From positions 336,288,001-336,352,000 of the forward strand of contig OZ024741.1 of assembly GCA_964016885.1 (NCBI GenBank): 64,000 nt of DNA. The letters are read 5' to 3'. Positions 1 through 12,800 of the stretch are shown here, one piece after another (the first letter of the stretch is position 1; every line of letters begins with the position of its first letter). This DNA is from Eledone cirrhosa. Lineage: Eukaryota. A model generated the notes under the pieces. The model searched no databases and was not told the origin of the DNA. It worked only from the letters and a program-made list of their open reading frames with translations. A program made the translations under genes and the position numbers.

Positions 1-425
1 CAGGAGAGGGCTAAGAACAGAGCCCTGGTGGACCCCAACCTGTACGCTAAATTCCTCGCTATACTCATTGCTAATCCTAACTTTGCTGACTGCTCCCCTA
101 TACATGGCTTGTACCGCTTTCACAAGCCATTCATCTACTCCTAGTTTTCTAAGAGCCCACCAGATTACTACACGTGGAACTCTGTCAAAGGCTTTCTCAA
201 GGTCGACAAATGCCAAGTAGAGTGGCTTACTTTTAGCTAGGTACTTTTCCTGTAATTGCCTCACAAGGAAGAGGGCATCAGTGGTGCCTCTCCCTGGTAC
301 AAACCCAAATTGCATCTCGTCTATATTCACCCGGTCCCTAATCAGCTGTGCTATAACTCTTTCTGTTACTTTCATGACCTGGTCCATCAACTTTATACCT
401 CTATAGTTTCCTCTATCTAGTGCAT
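1..425 (-). mobile_element. RTE-clade LINE reverse transcriptase fragment
   Basis: Reverse complement encodes RT motifs (NYRGIKLMD, QFGFVPGRGT, AFVDLEKAFD, QVGVHQGSVLSP); highly similar to the RTE copy at 46598-47815. Confidence 0.85.
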
Positions 426-1830
426 ATATATATAATTATATACACTGTAGTTACTGTATAAAATTATATACACTGTTAATTACTGTATAACACTATATAC
501 ACTGTTAGCTACTGTATATAATTATATATACTGCTAGTTATTGTATAAAATTGAATACACTGCTAATTACTGTATATAATTATATACACTGCTAATAACT
601 ATATAAAACTATATACACTGGTAGTTACTGTATAAAACTATATACACTGTTAGTTACTGTATATAATTATATACACTGGTAGTTACTGTATATAATTAGA
701 TACACTGTTATTTATCTGTATATATATAAAATTAAGTATGTGTGTGTGTGTGTCTGTGTATTACCTATAGGGGCCTATAGTCATCAGGGAGTGTTTTCCA
801 TATATCAGCATATCGTTTTTTTATTCCGGGGTCATTCTGCAGATAAAAATCGATAGGGGGGGTCACTTTTTTTAGGTATCGAAAAATAAGATTTTTGGCT
901 CTAGCTCCTACATTTTGCCACCGATTTTGTTCAAATTTTAAAGCAAAATAGAATTTATCATTGCACATCCTGTAATGGCTTTATATTTTGAATTTGTTGT
1001 TCAGGGAGGGCGTGGCAGCTGCTTAAATATTAAAAAATACCACTTTTAGACTCAAATTTCCACCTTTTCGGCTCTAGCTCCCACATTAATCAACCTACTT
1101 TGTTCAAATTCTACACTACGCTAGATCTGATTATTTCACGTCTTAAAGTGGCTTTACATTTTGGATTTTTTTGTTCAGGAACGGCGTGGCAGCCGCTTAA
1201 ATATTCGAAAATACCACCTTTTCGCTCAAATTTCCACCTTTTCGGCTCTAGCTCCCACATTTTTCAACCGATTTTGTTCAAATTCGAAACTCCCCCCCCC
1301 CCAGCATGCCCCTTAGTCAGTCACCCGCGTTCCCCAGTGATAGAGGTCATCACCACCCTCCCCCGCAGGGCCTGTGTGTGACCATAGATATCATCGAGAA
1401 GCAGTCATTAAGACCAACACCTTTTCATCAAAGCAGATATTATTTTACCTACCCAGCAACGCTGGGTACTGCTGCTAGTTGTACATAAAACTATATACAC
1501 TGCTAGTTATTGTATATAAAAATATATACATTGGTAGTTAATGTATAAAACTATATACACTACTAGTTATTGTATATAATTATATACACTACTAGTTATT
1601 GTATATAATTATATACACTGCTTATTACTGTATATAACTATATACACTGTTAGCTATTGTATAAAACTATATACGCTGCTAGGTATTGTATATAAAACTT
1701 TATACACTGCTAGTTACTGTATATAGCTATATATACACTGCTAGTTACTGTATATATATAACTATATAGACTGCTAGTTACTGTACATAATTATATCCAC
1801 TGCTAGTTACTGTATAAATTTATATATAAG
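425..1830. repeat. ~29-bp minisatellite (TATATACACTGCTAGTTACTGTATATAAT-like), interrupted by a Helitron
   Basis: Repeated units at 425-714 and 1479-1830. Confidence 0.9.
715..1478 (+). mobile_element. Non-autonomous Helitron
   Basis: 5' TC start (TCTGTATATATATAAAATTAAGTATGTGTG), 3' hairpin ACCCAGC-AAC-GCTGGGT then CTAG, inserted between A714 and T1479 without TSD; internal ~180-bp repeats. Confidence 0.8.
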
Positions 1831-2590
1831 TTTTTCTGTTTCTGAAAGATATTGTATACTACTTTTCTGTTAGGACGAGATACACCATAAACTCAATGTC
1901 AAATTTAATTAAGGTAAAAATAAAAAAAATTTCGTATTTTGAAATCCCTTTTTTTAATTTTACTTTCATATTTATCTAATTTGAGTTAGAATTAATAATT
2001 GATCTGTGTGTATATCTATAAACATTTATATTTAAATGGATCTTTGGTTTGTAAATAAATTAAGGCAACCACCTTGCTAACAGAATGCAAGGTTTTTTAG
2101 TTAGTTACCAAAATATCTTCTACAACATTTGAAAGGAATTGGTTGTAAATAATTTCACAGTTCTTTCTGCTAATTGGAGCAGGAATATGGTACAAACTTG
2201 AATTTCATAGACGTTGTCAACTGAAATAGTTTCACAGTTCTTAACCATTTAGATACCAACCAGCCCAAAACTTGATCTTTCCAAACTGGCTGTAACCGGC
2301 TGTTCATATTGATATTAAGGTATTGTTCTCAAAATAAATAATATCAAAATCTCATAGATTCAATATTATGTGGGATAATAATGTGAGGTAAAGCTTTTAC
2401 CATGAAAATATAATTGTTTCTACGTTAGGCACAAGGCCAGCAATTACCCAGTGTATTACTGGTATTATGCCTTTCCTAGTACTAACTCTTTTAATCACCT
2501 CACAACATGCAGGAATATGGTATCATCATCATCATCATTTAGTAAAGTAGTATAGCTAATATGAAGCCTTGTGAGATATGTAAGAAGTTT

Positions 2591-2850
2591 CTGATCAGTT
2601 TCAGAAAAACAATACAATGTAGTAGAAATATATAAAGAACAAATGATGACAAATAAAACAAAACAAAGTAATGTTTTACCCAATATATTTGAACATGATA
2701 TTTCAGGGCTATTATCCTCTTTTGAAATATAAAATGAAATATCATGTTGAAATATATTGGCTAAAACATTACTTTGTTTTGTTTTATTTATCACCCTTTG
2801 ACCTTTATATATTTCTACTGCATTGTAACAGCTTTTTGAAACTTATCAGT
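2591..2850. repeat. Diverged inverted repeat (fold-back) with a decayed hammerhead-like core in the spacer
   Basis: 2591-2705 is the reverse complement of ~2734-2850; the same peptide appears in the ORF track on both strands. Confidence 0.75.
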
Positions 2851-4355
2851 TATCATCTTTTGACATTCATTTTTCTTGCTAGCAAGGGCTGGCCAGGTCA
2901 TCACAGATCAAGTCTTTACTTAATCAGAGCTACAGATCTCACGGGTGGGCCAAGGGCTGCGTTTTACTTGCATATGTTTCCACACTATGTAGAGTGCATT
3001 TCATCATGGCACAACTCAAGGGAGGTTGTCATGTTTTAACACAACTGAAGAGTCCTCCCTAAACTTTTTTTGACAGGTTTTATGTGGTTGGATGCCCTTC
3101 CTATCACCAACCACTTTACAGAGTCTATTGGGAACGTTTTAACATGTGACCAATTCTAGAAAGGTTGTTGTTTCCTTGACACAGCAAAGAGTTCTCCCAA
3201 CACTTATTTGCATGCTTTCTATTGCTGGATGCCCTTCCTATAATCAACCAATGTACAGAGTGTACTGGGTGTGTTTTATAGAGTCACCAACACTAGAAAG
3301 GTTGTTGCGTCCTTCATACAACTGAAGTGTCCTCTCAACCCATACCAATTTTAAACTGTGTAAAGGGTAAAGAATATAATATTGGTCTCCTCTTTATTTG
3401 AAAGTGTGGAAGATAGTGAAAGTGTTGTTTTTACTTTGGTAATCGATGGAACATAAATCATAAGATTTTTCACTCCTCCACAGCATGAGTTCAAATCGTG
3501 GGAAAGTCAACCTTGCCTTTTAGTCTCTCTGGGTTAATAAAAGGCATACTAATCCAGGGCAGTGGATTAGTGGAATCTGTAGAGCATTGGATGAGATGCA
3601 TTGGGATATTTTCTCTGGCCCTGTAGGCCCACTATGGCCTACAGGGGTGGTATATTTAACCTGCCCCCTCCCCTAACTGTGATGTGCTAAATTCAACACA
3701 TTTCCTGGATGCACATTTTGCTCAGGATTGAACATGTAATACCCCTCATTCAATTGTCATATTTATCACATACCCACATGAGAGCTACCCCCTCCACATC
3801 CATTTTCACATTTTCACTCCATAATGGAACATCCCAGACACATCTTTAAACACCTGCATGTTTGACAAAACGCACAGTCATATGACTGCGACCCCCCCCT
3901 ATTTTTGGTTATGCTATGTAATACACCTTATGTCTACAGTAAATGACTTCTGACTCAGACAGTCTTATTGGTGGTCGCTTCTCTTAAGATGGACTTAACT
4001 TGACAGCTAGTTTTACTCATTTCATTAACACTATCAAGCATTTGGATCAAGTTTCTGATTTTAATATATCTCCTTACTTATCCTCCCATGAGTCTCTGAC
4101 ATCTAGAAAAGGGTGCTGAGCACAGCCCTTCTTCTCTGGCTGAACAGTAAAGAAAAAACAAAACGCTCTTAAAAAAATGTTAGGATGTAAATGAATTGTT
4201 TGTGAATACTGAAATATCTAATGTAGTGTGTTGTCTCTTCTGTCTTTCCAGAGCAGAATTAAACATAAAATAATGATTAATTTTTCTCCCAATCATCATC
4301 ATCATCCTCATAATCATCACCACCACCACCACCACCACCATTATTATTATTATTG

Positions 4356-5825
4356 GAGAGGCAGATCCATACCGTCCAACAGCGTCGTCGGGTGCTGGAC
4401 GGACGGACAGGTTAAATTGCTAGGGGTCTGGTTCAGTCCGGACCTCCAGACGAACAAAAACTGGGACGAGGTGACGAGCAGGGTGGCTTCTCTCACCCAG
4501 AAATGAGCAGAGAGGAAGCTATCCCTGAAAGGTCGAGCGAAGGTGGTGAATGCGTACATCGTGTCAGTCATCTACTACCGCCTGACCGTCGTGCCTTGTC
4601 CTAAACCTTGCCTGACTGCACTGGAGCGTTTGCTCTTTCGCTTTTTGTGGAAGGGATGCGCTCCAATGGTCAGGCAGTCCATCTGCTGTCAACACCCGCT
4701 ACGTGGAGGGCTGGGCATGCCGTGGCTGATGATGCGCAGACACACACTCAAGCTACAACATCTCCACCTCTTCCTCGACGGTGATCAGGTGTGCTCACCG
4801 TTTGCTAGATGCATCTTTCCTCAGCTCGTCTCCTTGACGGAGCTGCAGTCCTGAGTCAAGCAAAGACCGAAAGGGAGCGCTTGAAGACTGGAATGTCTTC
4901 AGGCGCTCACAACCCTCGACAAGTCAGGCAATGTGATCGGTGGAAACTCCACCTTGGCGTTCTATAGAGGATTAGTGGAGGGGAAGAGCGGCGACGTACT
5001 TGGGGAAGCTCTAGATGAAAATCAACTAGCCAATCTCTTCGGAAGAACTTTCGGCCGGCGCCTATGGGCAACTTCCAGAAATCCCTGGCCTGGCAGTGCT
5101 ACCGAGGAGCTTTGCCAGTTCAGGATAAACTCTACAGGCATGGAAGTGCCGTCAGCCGGGCATGTCAGAGATGCGCACAGGGCGACGAAACCGTCCTGCA
5201 TGCACTCATCCAGTGTCCGAGCATTGCTGACTTGTGGGTTTATGTCGAACACCTGCTGTCATGTGTAGAACGGATCTGGCTATCAGCTGAGTCCATCATG
5301 AGGATTGCCCCGCCCTCTTTCTTTAGCCGGGAAGGGCAGGCAGTTTTTATCTGTCTGTGGCCATGGCGAAAGAGATAGTATGGTGGACATGTCTGAAAGG
5401 GCTGAAGTCGAGCACTTACCTCTTCGTTGATGCCCCGATTAACTTTTTCAAATTACATTTAAAAAGGAAAATCAGGATAGAGAGGGAAGTACTCTCTTCC
5501 CAGCATTTTGTTGAAAGATGGGTGAGAGAGGCAAGAATGGCCCGAATGAATGGACCTACTCTTAGTATGTGCCTGTAAATTGAAGGTGGAAAACTGAGAG
5601 AGGGCACTTGCCCTGGTGGTCAGGGTCACCATGGCTTTTTTTAATAGGATTTCTCCACGATGCCCCTCAGAAGTCTTCCCCCTATTGAGGAATTTTTCAT
5701 TGTTCCTTTTTTTCGTTACATCCTGTTTTTGATTTTTTTACAGAAATGCCCATTAGTACCATCCTGTATTGTCCTGTACTGTCCTTAATGTCTACTTTGT
5801 GTAAACCCTTGTGGTTAATACAGAA
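4356..5825 (+). mobile_element. 5'-truncated, frameshifted Tx1/L1-clade LINE (RT C-terminus and zf-RVT)
   Basis: KLLGVWF, LSLKGRAKVVN, RFLWKG, GGLGMP, CQRC..DETVLHALIQC motifs; in-frame stops and frameshifts. Confidence 0.85.
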
Positions 5826-5884
5826 AGCATTCAGTAATGCATTGGGTAATTGCTGACCTTGTGCCAAAAGTAGAAACAATTATT

Positions 5885-8800
5885 GTTCTTTGAGTCTCAG
5901 TCATTGATGTTATTTAACTGGAAAGTTTGTTGAAATGAATATCAAGCCACTACCTGCAGCCTCAGATATTCAGGACGTATCGGAGGGTTCTTGCTGTTCC
6001 CAGCAAGCATGCCTTATGAAGTGTTCCAAAAAGCAGGGCGGGACCAATTTTCTTTAACCATCCTTGGAAACTCTTTGAGACAGTACCTAGTGTGCCTATG
6101 ACAATCGGGACCACTTTGACCTCATGGCAGTTCCAAATCCTTTTTACCTCCCACTTTAAGTCCTGGTATCAGTTAATTTTCTCCCTCTCCTTCTCTTGCA
6201 CTCCCGTGTCGAATGGGCAGGCTACATCCACAATCAGGCAGAATCTTTTTCCCTTGTCCAAAACCACCAGGTCAGGTCTATTGTGTTCCAGTTTCTTGTT
6301 CGTCTGTATCCTAAAATCCCACAGCACCTTCACCTGATCGTTTTCCATCACCGACTCTGGCTTATGCTCATACCACTTCTCAGAATGTGGTAAATTGTTT
6401 ACTTTGCATAGGTGCCAGTGGATCACCCTGCCTATCACATCATGTCTCCAGCCTTTATAGTGAGTCTGGGCGAGGTGTTTACATTCGGATACAATGTGAG
6501 CCACAGTCTCCTCTCTCTCTCCACAGATCCTACACAGTGGGCTAGCCTCCTCCTTGTAAATATGGTGTTTCAGCCACTTCGTTTTGAGGGCCTGCTCTTG
6601 CGCAGCCATTAGCACTCCTTCTGTAGCCTTTTTAAGGTCTCCTCTTTTGAACCAGTTCCATGTCTGTGGATCTCTAAATTCAGTTTTCTCAAAGAAGGCA
6701 CTATGAAGGGATTTTTCATGAAGGTTGCTCTTTCTCCTTGTTGTTATTTCCTCCTTGGACATCCCCTGGTCTATTGTCCTCTCCTTCAGTACAATTTTGA
6801 GCATTGGTTCCCTACTATCAGTCACGTATTTGTGTACGTTGTTTTTCTCCATCTGAACACAGTCCTCTATGCTGATAAGACCTCTTCCACCTTCAGATCT
6901 CCTTAAGTAGAGTCTATCGACATCACTCCTTTTGTGGAACATGTTGTAGATAGTCAATAGCTTCCTAGTCTTCCTATCCATTTTCTTTTTGTTCAGCAAC
7001 ATTCCATCTCAGAATTCCCGCACTGTATCTAATAATAGACACAGCTCGGGAACTTACTGCACTTATGGCATTCCTACTGTTCAGAGGTGACTTTAATACG
7101 CTCCTTACTCTCCGAATGTATTCAGATCTTATCAATTCCTTCATTTTTTGTCCTTGATGTCATCAGCCTCCAGAACACCTAAATATTTGTATCCCTCTTC
7201 AGTATCAATTTCCTTTATCATCACACCTGTTGGTACCTGGATTCTGTTACTTCTGCTCAATTTACCCCCTCTTCATCAGAAGGACTCCACACTTACTAAT
7301 ACCAAATTGCATACATATATCATTGCTAAAAATACGGACAGTGTCAGCAAGCACATCCAACTCCTCACTCTTCCCAAGGAGCTTAAGATCGTCCATGAAG
7401 AGGAGGTGATTGATGGTAAGCTCTCCCTTTCCCAACTTGTATCCTGCTCTCACTTTTCGCAGTATAATGGTCAGGGGGATCAGGGCAAGGACAAACAACA
7501 GAGGGGACACACTATCTCCCTGGAAGGTACCTCTCTTGATCCTCACGCCTCCCAAGGATTCTCCGCCCGATGTTAACTCTGTTTTCCAGGACTTCATACT
7601 TTTGCTCAACAACTGTCTGATGTTATCTGCCACCCTGAAGATCTTTAGGCTTTTGGTTATCCAAGAATGAGGTACCATGTCGAATGCCTTTTTGTAGTCT
7701 ATCCATCCCATGGCAAGACCAATGTGTCTCCTCCTGCAATTCCTCATTACCATCTTATTAATAAGTAACTGGTACTTTGTACCACGGGACTTCTTTCGGC
7801 ATCCTTTCTGTTCGTCCGGTAACAAGTTGTTTATGTGGAGGTGATGGTAGATTTCCTCAGACACAATGCTTGTTAACAGTTTCCACATTACGGAAAGACA
7901 TCTGATAGGTCTATAGTTGGTAACATCATTTCCCTTGGTTTGGTCTTTCATTACCAGAACTGTGGTACCTTTTGTCAACCACTCTGGTACCTCACCTGAC
8001 ATCAAGCAGTCATTGAACACGGTTGTCAGTTTCGGGTGGAGGGATGGTATATTTTTAATCCAATACCCCTGCACACCAATACCCCTGCACACCATCTGGG
8101 CCTGGCGATTTCCAGTTGGTTAGTTTTCTGGCCTGCCCCTTAAGAGTTTCAACTGTGATACTCAAATCAGTTTTTTGGTGTGCCTGTTCACTAATCTCAT
8201 TTTGTATTGTCTCAATCCACACTGCCTGATCATTATGTTCAACATCCTGCTCCCATATTCCTCTCCAGAATGTCTTAGTTTGTTCCGCCTCAGGGATCAA
8301 GTCGTTGCCTCTTTCTTTCTCTTCAAGCTGTCCAGACAACATCTTCTGGCTGTTGTCAAACATGCGGTTCTGTCTATACTGATTGACTCTGCTCTCGTAT
8401 CGCCTAATCTTTGTGCTCTTTGCTACAATGCGTTGCTCCAGTTCACCTATGATAATATTTATCTTTTTCCTCCTAGTTTTGTACTTTATTTCCAGTCTAT
8501 TTTTAGTGTCTATGTTTTGTAGGGACTCAAGCTTTCCAATATCATTTCTCATTTCCCTGATTTGACCATTCAGTCATTTCTTCCACCAAGGTTCTGATCT
8601 TTCTTGTTTGTTGTTTCCTCTCGTGTTTATGCCAAGTAATTTCCTCACCGCATTTGCTGTTGCTTTGAAGATATTGTTGCACTGGTGAAGGCTCCTTGCC
8701 TCAAGGTATGGGATGACTTTGTTTACCTTAGCTGTTGTTTCTTTTAACTTTTTCCTGTCTTCAAATCTTAGGTTCATAGGTTTCCCACTATCATTGTTCA

Positions 8801-9221
8801 TTTCATCTACCACTAAGTTTAGGATATCAACCAAATCTTGTCCTAGCCCGTCAGCATTCATTTCCTCAATGGCCGTATCTTTGTTCCAGGTATTATTTAT
8901 TTCAGCATTCAGATCATTGTCTGCTTCGGATGGTTCCTCCGTTCTCTCAACCTCTTCACCTTCATCTCCCACTGGCTCGTTTGCCTGGCCTACTCCACTC
9001 TCCATTTCCAACCTAATCTCTCTGCTGAGTTCCTCCAGTTCCAGCTCGCTTATCCACACATTAGTTCTTATTACCCGAGCCTGCCCGGCCTATTTTTGTT
9101 CATCTAATTTAAATAGACCAATCTCGTTCCAGATGCTATGCATCCATTTCCTATAGCCTTTTTCCTTTGGGTTATTCTTCAGGTAACATTGCATAACAGT
9201 TCTATTCAATTATTTCGTCCA
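5885..9221 (-). mobile_element. Near full-length, decayed R4/Dong-clade LINE (RT + CCHC + restriction-like endonuclease)
   Basis: ORF pieces 8574-9059, 8055-8552, 7262-8095 (NYRPI, WIDYKKAFD, FQGDSVSP, FMDD) and 6169-7002 (CRICGEREETVAHIVSEC; NRPDLVVLD..IVDVACP); abuts an (ATT)n tract, the target type known for Dong. Confidence 0.9.
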
Positions 9222-9244
9222 ATTATTATTATTATTATTATTAT

Positions 9245-9560
9245 TATATGTCCGTTTTCCATGCTAACATGGGTTAGATGAGTTGCTCTGTTGTGAAACA
9301 GGCCAGATCAGATGACCATGTCTTGCTCATACAGAACTGATTTTGGCTTGGTTTCTACAGCCAGATGACTTTCCTAATGCTAACCATATTTACAGTGTGT
9401 ACTGGATGCTTTTTATCGTGACACATACATGACCACTATACAGTATGGACTGAGCACTTTTTGTCATGACACCAAAACGACCACTTTACAATGTAACCAG
9501 GCACTTTTTGTTGTGGCACCAAAATGATCACTTTACCGTGTAGATTGTAGACTTGAGTCG
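9245..9560 (-). mobile_element. RTE-tail/Ceph-domain SINE-like repeat (one of many copies)
   Basis: GTCCGTTTTCCATGCTAACATGGGTTAGA and GATG(A/C)C(C/T)TTCCTAA motifs shared with 13195-13560, 38140-38340, 43800-44130 and the RTE 3' UTR at 47860-48123. Confidence 0.7.
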
Positions 9561-11118
9561 GGAGGTAGATCTAAGGACATGGGTGAGGGGTGGAGTGTTA
9601 TGGCATGGGTGGTGTGTTAGGGATTGGGTGAGGTGTTATAATTTGGGAGCTGTATGGAACCAGGTATAGAAGGGAAGATGGCGCATACTAGATTTATGCT
9701 TCAACCTATGCACATGGGAAGGTGGGTTTTCTGTAAAACTGCATAAAGCCAGAGATCTCACTCCTGTGTCATTGCCTTCTCAATATAGATGTAATCTTAA
9801 TTAATTGACATTTCTTGGTTTATTATATTATATATGGCAGAATCCATTTTACTATTTGGCTTTATGCAGTAGGCATCCCTAGGATGTTTTACCTCAGTCC
9901 TTTTACAAATATTTTTTACATTATTTTATTCTTATGAACTGTGATCATACTGGGGCACCACCCTGAACATTTTTAATTGTTGTTGTCATTTTTTAATGCC
10001 AAAAAACAACCAATTTCTTTATTTCTAGGTTAATTATTTTTTTTATTTTATTTTCATATATTTAAAATTTAACACCCTGTACCACAGCAAACCACATTCT
10101 CTAGACATTCTTAAAAAGGATAAAATACCACCTATGTTGCATCATATTGAGATTCCAAATTTTTTACTTTAGTTTGCTGAAAATTTTCACATGCCCACTA
10201 GAAAAGATATCACAAAACATTAAATCAAGAAACCTATTTTTTAAAAATATATTTTCTGTTAAATCATTAAAGTGTTTTCACAACAATATGTTGTGAAAGA
10301 CACTATAAACATTTGAATTGATCAATCTGTTTTTAGAGATTCTTTACTAAATCATTAAAGGGTGTTAAAAGTTAATACTGCAAGTTTTTCTAAACAATTT
10401 GTCCATTAGTAAAGATATGATAAATATTTGAATTACAGAAACTATTTTTCAATATATTCTGATAAATCAGTCTTTGTTCTTCGAGTCCTGTAAATCCTGA
10501 TGGAGTCATAGGGGTGCCATAGTGGTATACAATGTTTCATGGGCATTTTAAACTTGGTATAGCCCACCCCTCTCCAGGTCTGAAAACAGCAGATTTCTTT
10601 CAGAGAAAGATAGAAAGTGAGAGAAAGGAAGTGAGAAATAGATAAAGAGGAAGAATCAACCCTGGTACTTTTTTTTATCGACTTTGAAAGGATGAAAGAC
10701 AAAGTTGACCTCAGTGGGATTTGAACTGAGGGGGCAGACAGCCGGAATGAATACCACAAAGCCTTCTATCCAACATTCTTATGACTCTGCCAATTTTCTG
10801 CCTTCTGCCACATTACAGAATGTGTTAAAAGTTAATTTGAATTAGAATTAAGAATTGATTTCTTTGAATATCCAGAAAAAACTTTTAATTCAGAGGAATG
10901 TTCCAGTTGTTTGCTCAATAGAACTGCCAGCTCCTGAAATTGTTGTGTAAGTAGCTGAGCATTCCACAGACACGTGTATCCGTAACATAATTTTCACAGT
11001 GTGTGATAATGGCTGGCCTTTTGAATAACAGGTACAGTCCATCTAACCACCTTCCGACCTGTTTCTATCAACCCAGTTTCACTCAGAAGGCATGGGTTGA
11101 CCTGAGTCTATAGTAAAT

Positions 11119-11310
11119 AATTGTTTCTACTTTTGGCACAAGACCAGCAATTACTCCACTGCATTACTGGTACTTTATTTTATCGATTCTGTAAGGATGA
11201 AAGGCAAAACTAACCTCAGCGAGATTTGAACTCAGAACGTAAAGGGCCATAACTCTATGCTGCAAAGCATAATGTCTGATACTCAACTAATACTGCCAAT
11301 CCACCACCCT
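11119..11310 (-). mobile_element. Octopus-type tRNA-derived SINE (OK/OR-like)
   Basis: GGTGGATTGGCAG head, GAGTTCAAATC B-box, GCCTTTCATCCTTAC..GTCGATAAAATAAAGTACCAG core, GTAGAAACAATT tail. Confidence 0.8.
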
Positions 11311-11386
11311 TTAGTAAATCCATCGTCTATAGTAAATAATATTTACTCAAGATGCCATGCAGTATGATCAAACCAGGGATATAAAT

Positions 11387-11440
<54 letters not shown>

Positions 11441-11454
11441 TTATATATATTATA

Positions 11455-11755
11455 GTGAAGCTGTATGGCCTAATGGTTAGCATGCTTGATGTACAATCAT
11501 AATGTTGTTGGTTCAATTCCTAGTCAGAATGCTGCACTGTGTTCTTGATTAAAACACTTTATTTCATGCTGCTCCAGTACACTCAGTTAAGATGAGTACC
11601 TGGGGAGTTAAACCTGCAGTAGCTGGGGAGTTAAACCTGCAATAGACCATCATTCTATCCAGGGAGAGTCTTGTACTCTCAATCACCTAATGTCAAGGGA
11701 ACCAGGGATAAGCACCAGCCTGATGAGCCTTCAGCTTAGAACAGACTTTAACTAA
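11455..11755 (+). mobile_element. tRNA-derived SINE with MetaSINE-like body
   Basis: TGGCCTAATGGTTAG A-box, GTTCAATTCC B-box, CCTGCAATAGAC..TCCAGGG..GGGATAAGC..CCTGATGAGCC body. Confidence 0.7.
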
Positions 11756-12339
11756 CTTTAAACAAGGAGACACACTAAAACAAACAAACAAACAGCAGGT
11801 ATATGGCACACGTGTGTGTGTATGATGTTTTGTATGTGAGAATGAGTATTGGTATTAGTTTTTACATAAGTATTTGTTTGTGTTTCATTGGTGTTGTTGT
11901 TTAGCCACAGATGACCTCGGCCCAGCAGGCCTATAATCAGAACAATTCCAACTGTGACCACCCTATCTTTTTTTTTTTAATATCTGGGACATTATCTTTA
12001 TAAACTATGAATTCTTATTTGAGCATCATTTGGCTGTTATTTCTAGTAGATCATGCAGTCATATAGAAAATCATTCCCTCTCCCCTTTGCGTTATACTCC
12101 CTCCTGTATTTTGTGTTATATTTATCTACAGACTTCAGTTGTTTCATGGTGGACTGTCAGAATCGTTAGAGCATCATACAAAATACTCTTTACCTTGACT
12201 TCAGATCCCGCTGGTGTCAACTTTAGTTTTCATCCTTTCGGTGTAATTGAAATAAAGTACCTGCAAGTGGTTTAATTAATTTTCTCTTCTCCTAAAATTA
12301 CTGACCTTGTGCCCATGTTAAAAACAATTATTATAAAAT

Positions 12340-12800
12340 GCTGGTTAAGTGGGAGAATTGTTGAGCATTTGATAAAATGTCATTGCAATAGTTTTTCTAG
12401 CTCTATATATTCTGAGTTCAAATCCCACCGAGGAAAACTTTGCTTTTTAAATCCTTCCATGGTCGATAAAATAAAGTACTAGTTAAGTACTTGGATCAAT
12501 TTAATTGGATTTCCTCCTCTTCCCTACCAGAAATTGCTGGCCCTGTGCCTAAATTAGGAACCATTATTTCTAACAGTGGTGGATTGGCAGTAATTGGTAG
12601 AGTGTCAGACAAAATGCTTAGCAACATTTAGTTACAACTCTTTACATTCTGAGTTCAAATCCCGCCAAGGTCAACTTTGCTTTTTACATCCTGCCAAAAT
12701 AAAGTACCAGTAACACACTGGCGTTGATATAATCGTCTCCCTTCTGCTCCCTTACCAGAAATTGTTGGCCTTGTGCCTAAATTAAGAGACATTATTTCTA
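12340..12800 (+). mobile_element. Two tandem OK/OR-like SINEs
   Basis: Same head, core and tail as 11119-11310, twice. Confidence 0.75.

Noticed and set aside
11718-11750. CTGATGAG in MetaSINE-like tails (also 31604, 31715, 31833) as hammerheads
   Set aside because: No downstream GAAA..UH with closing stems.
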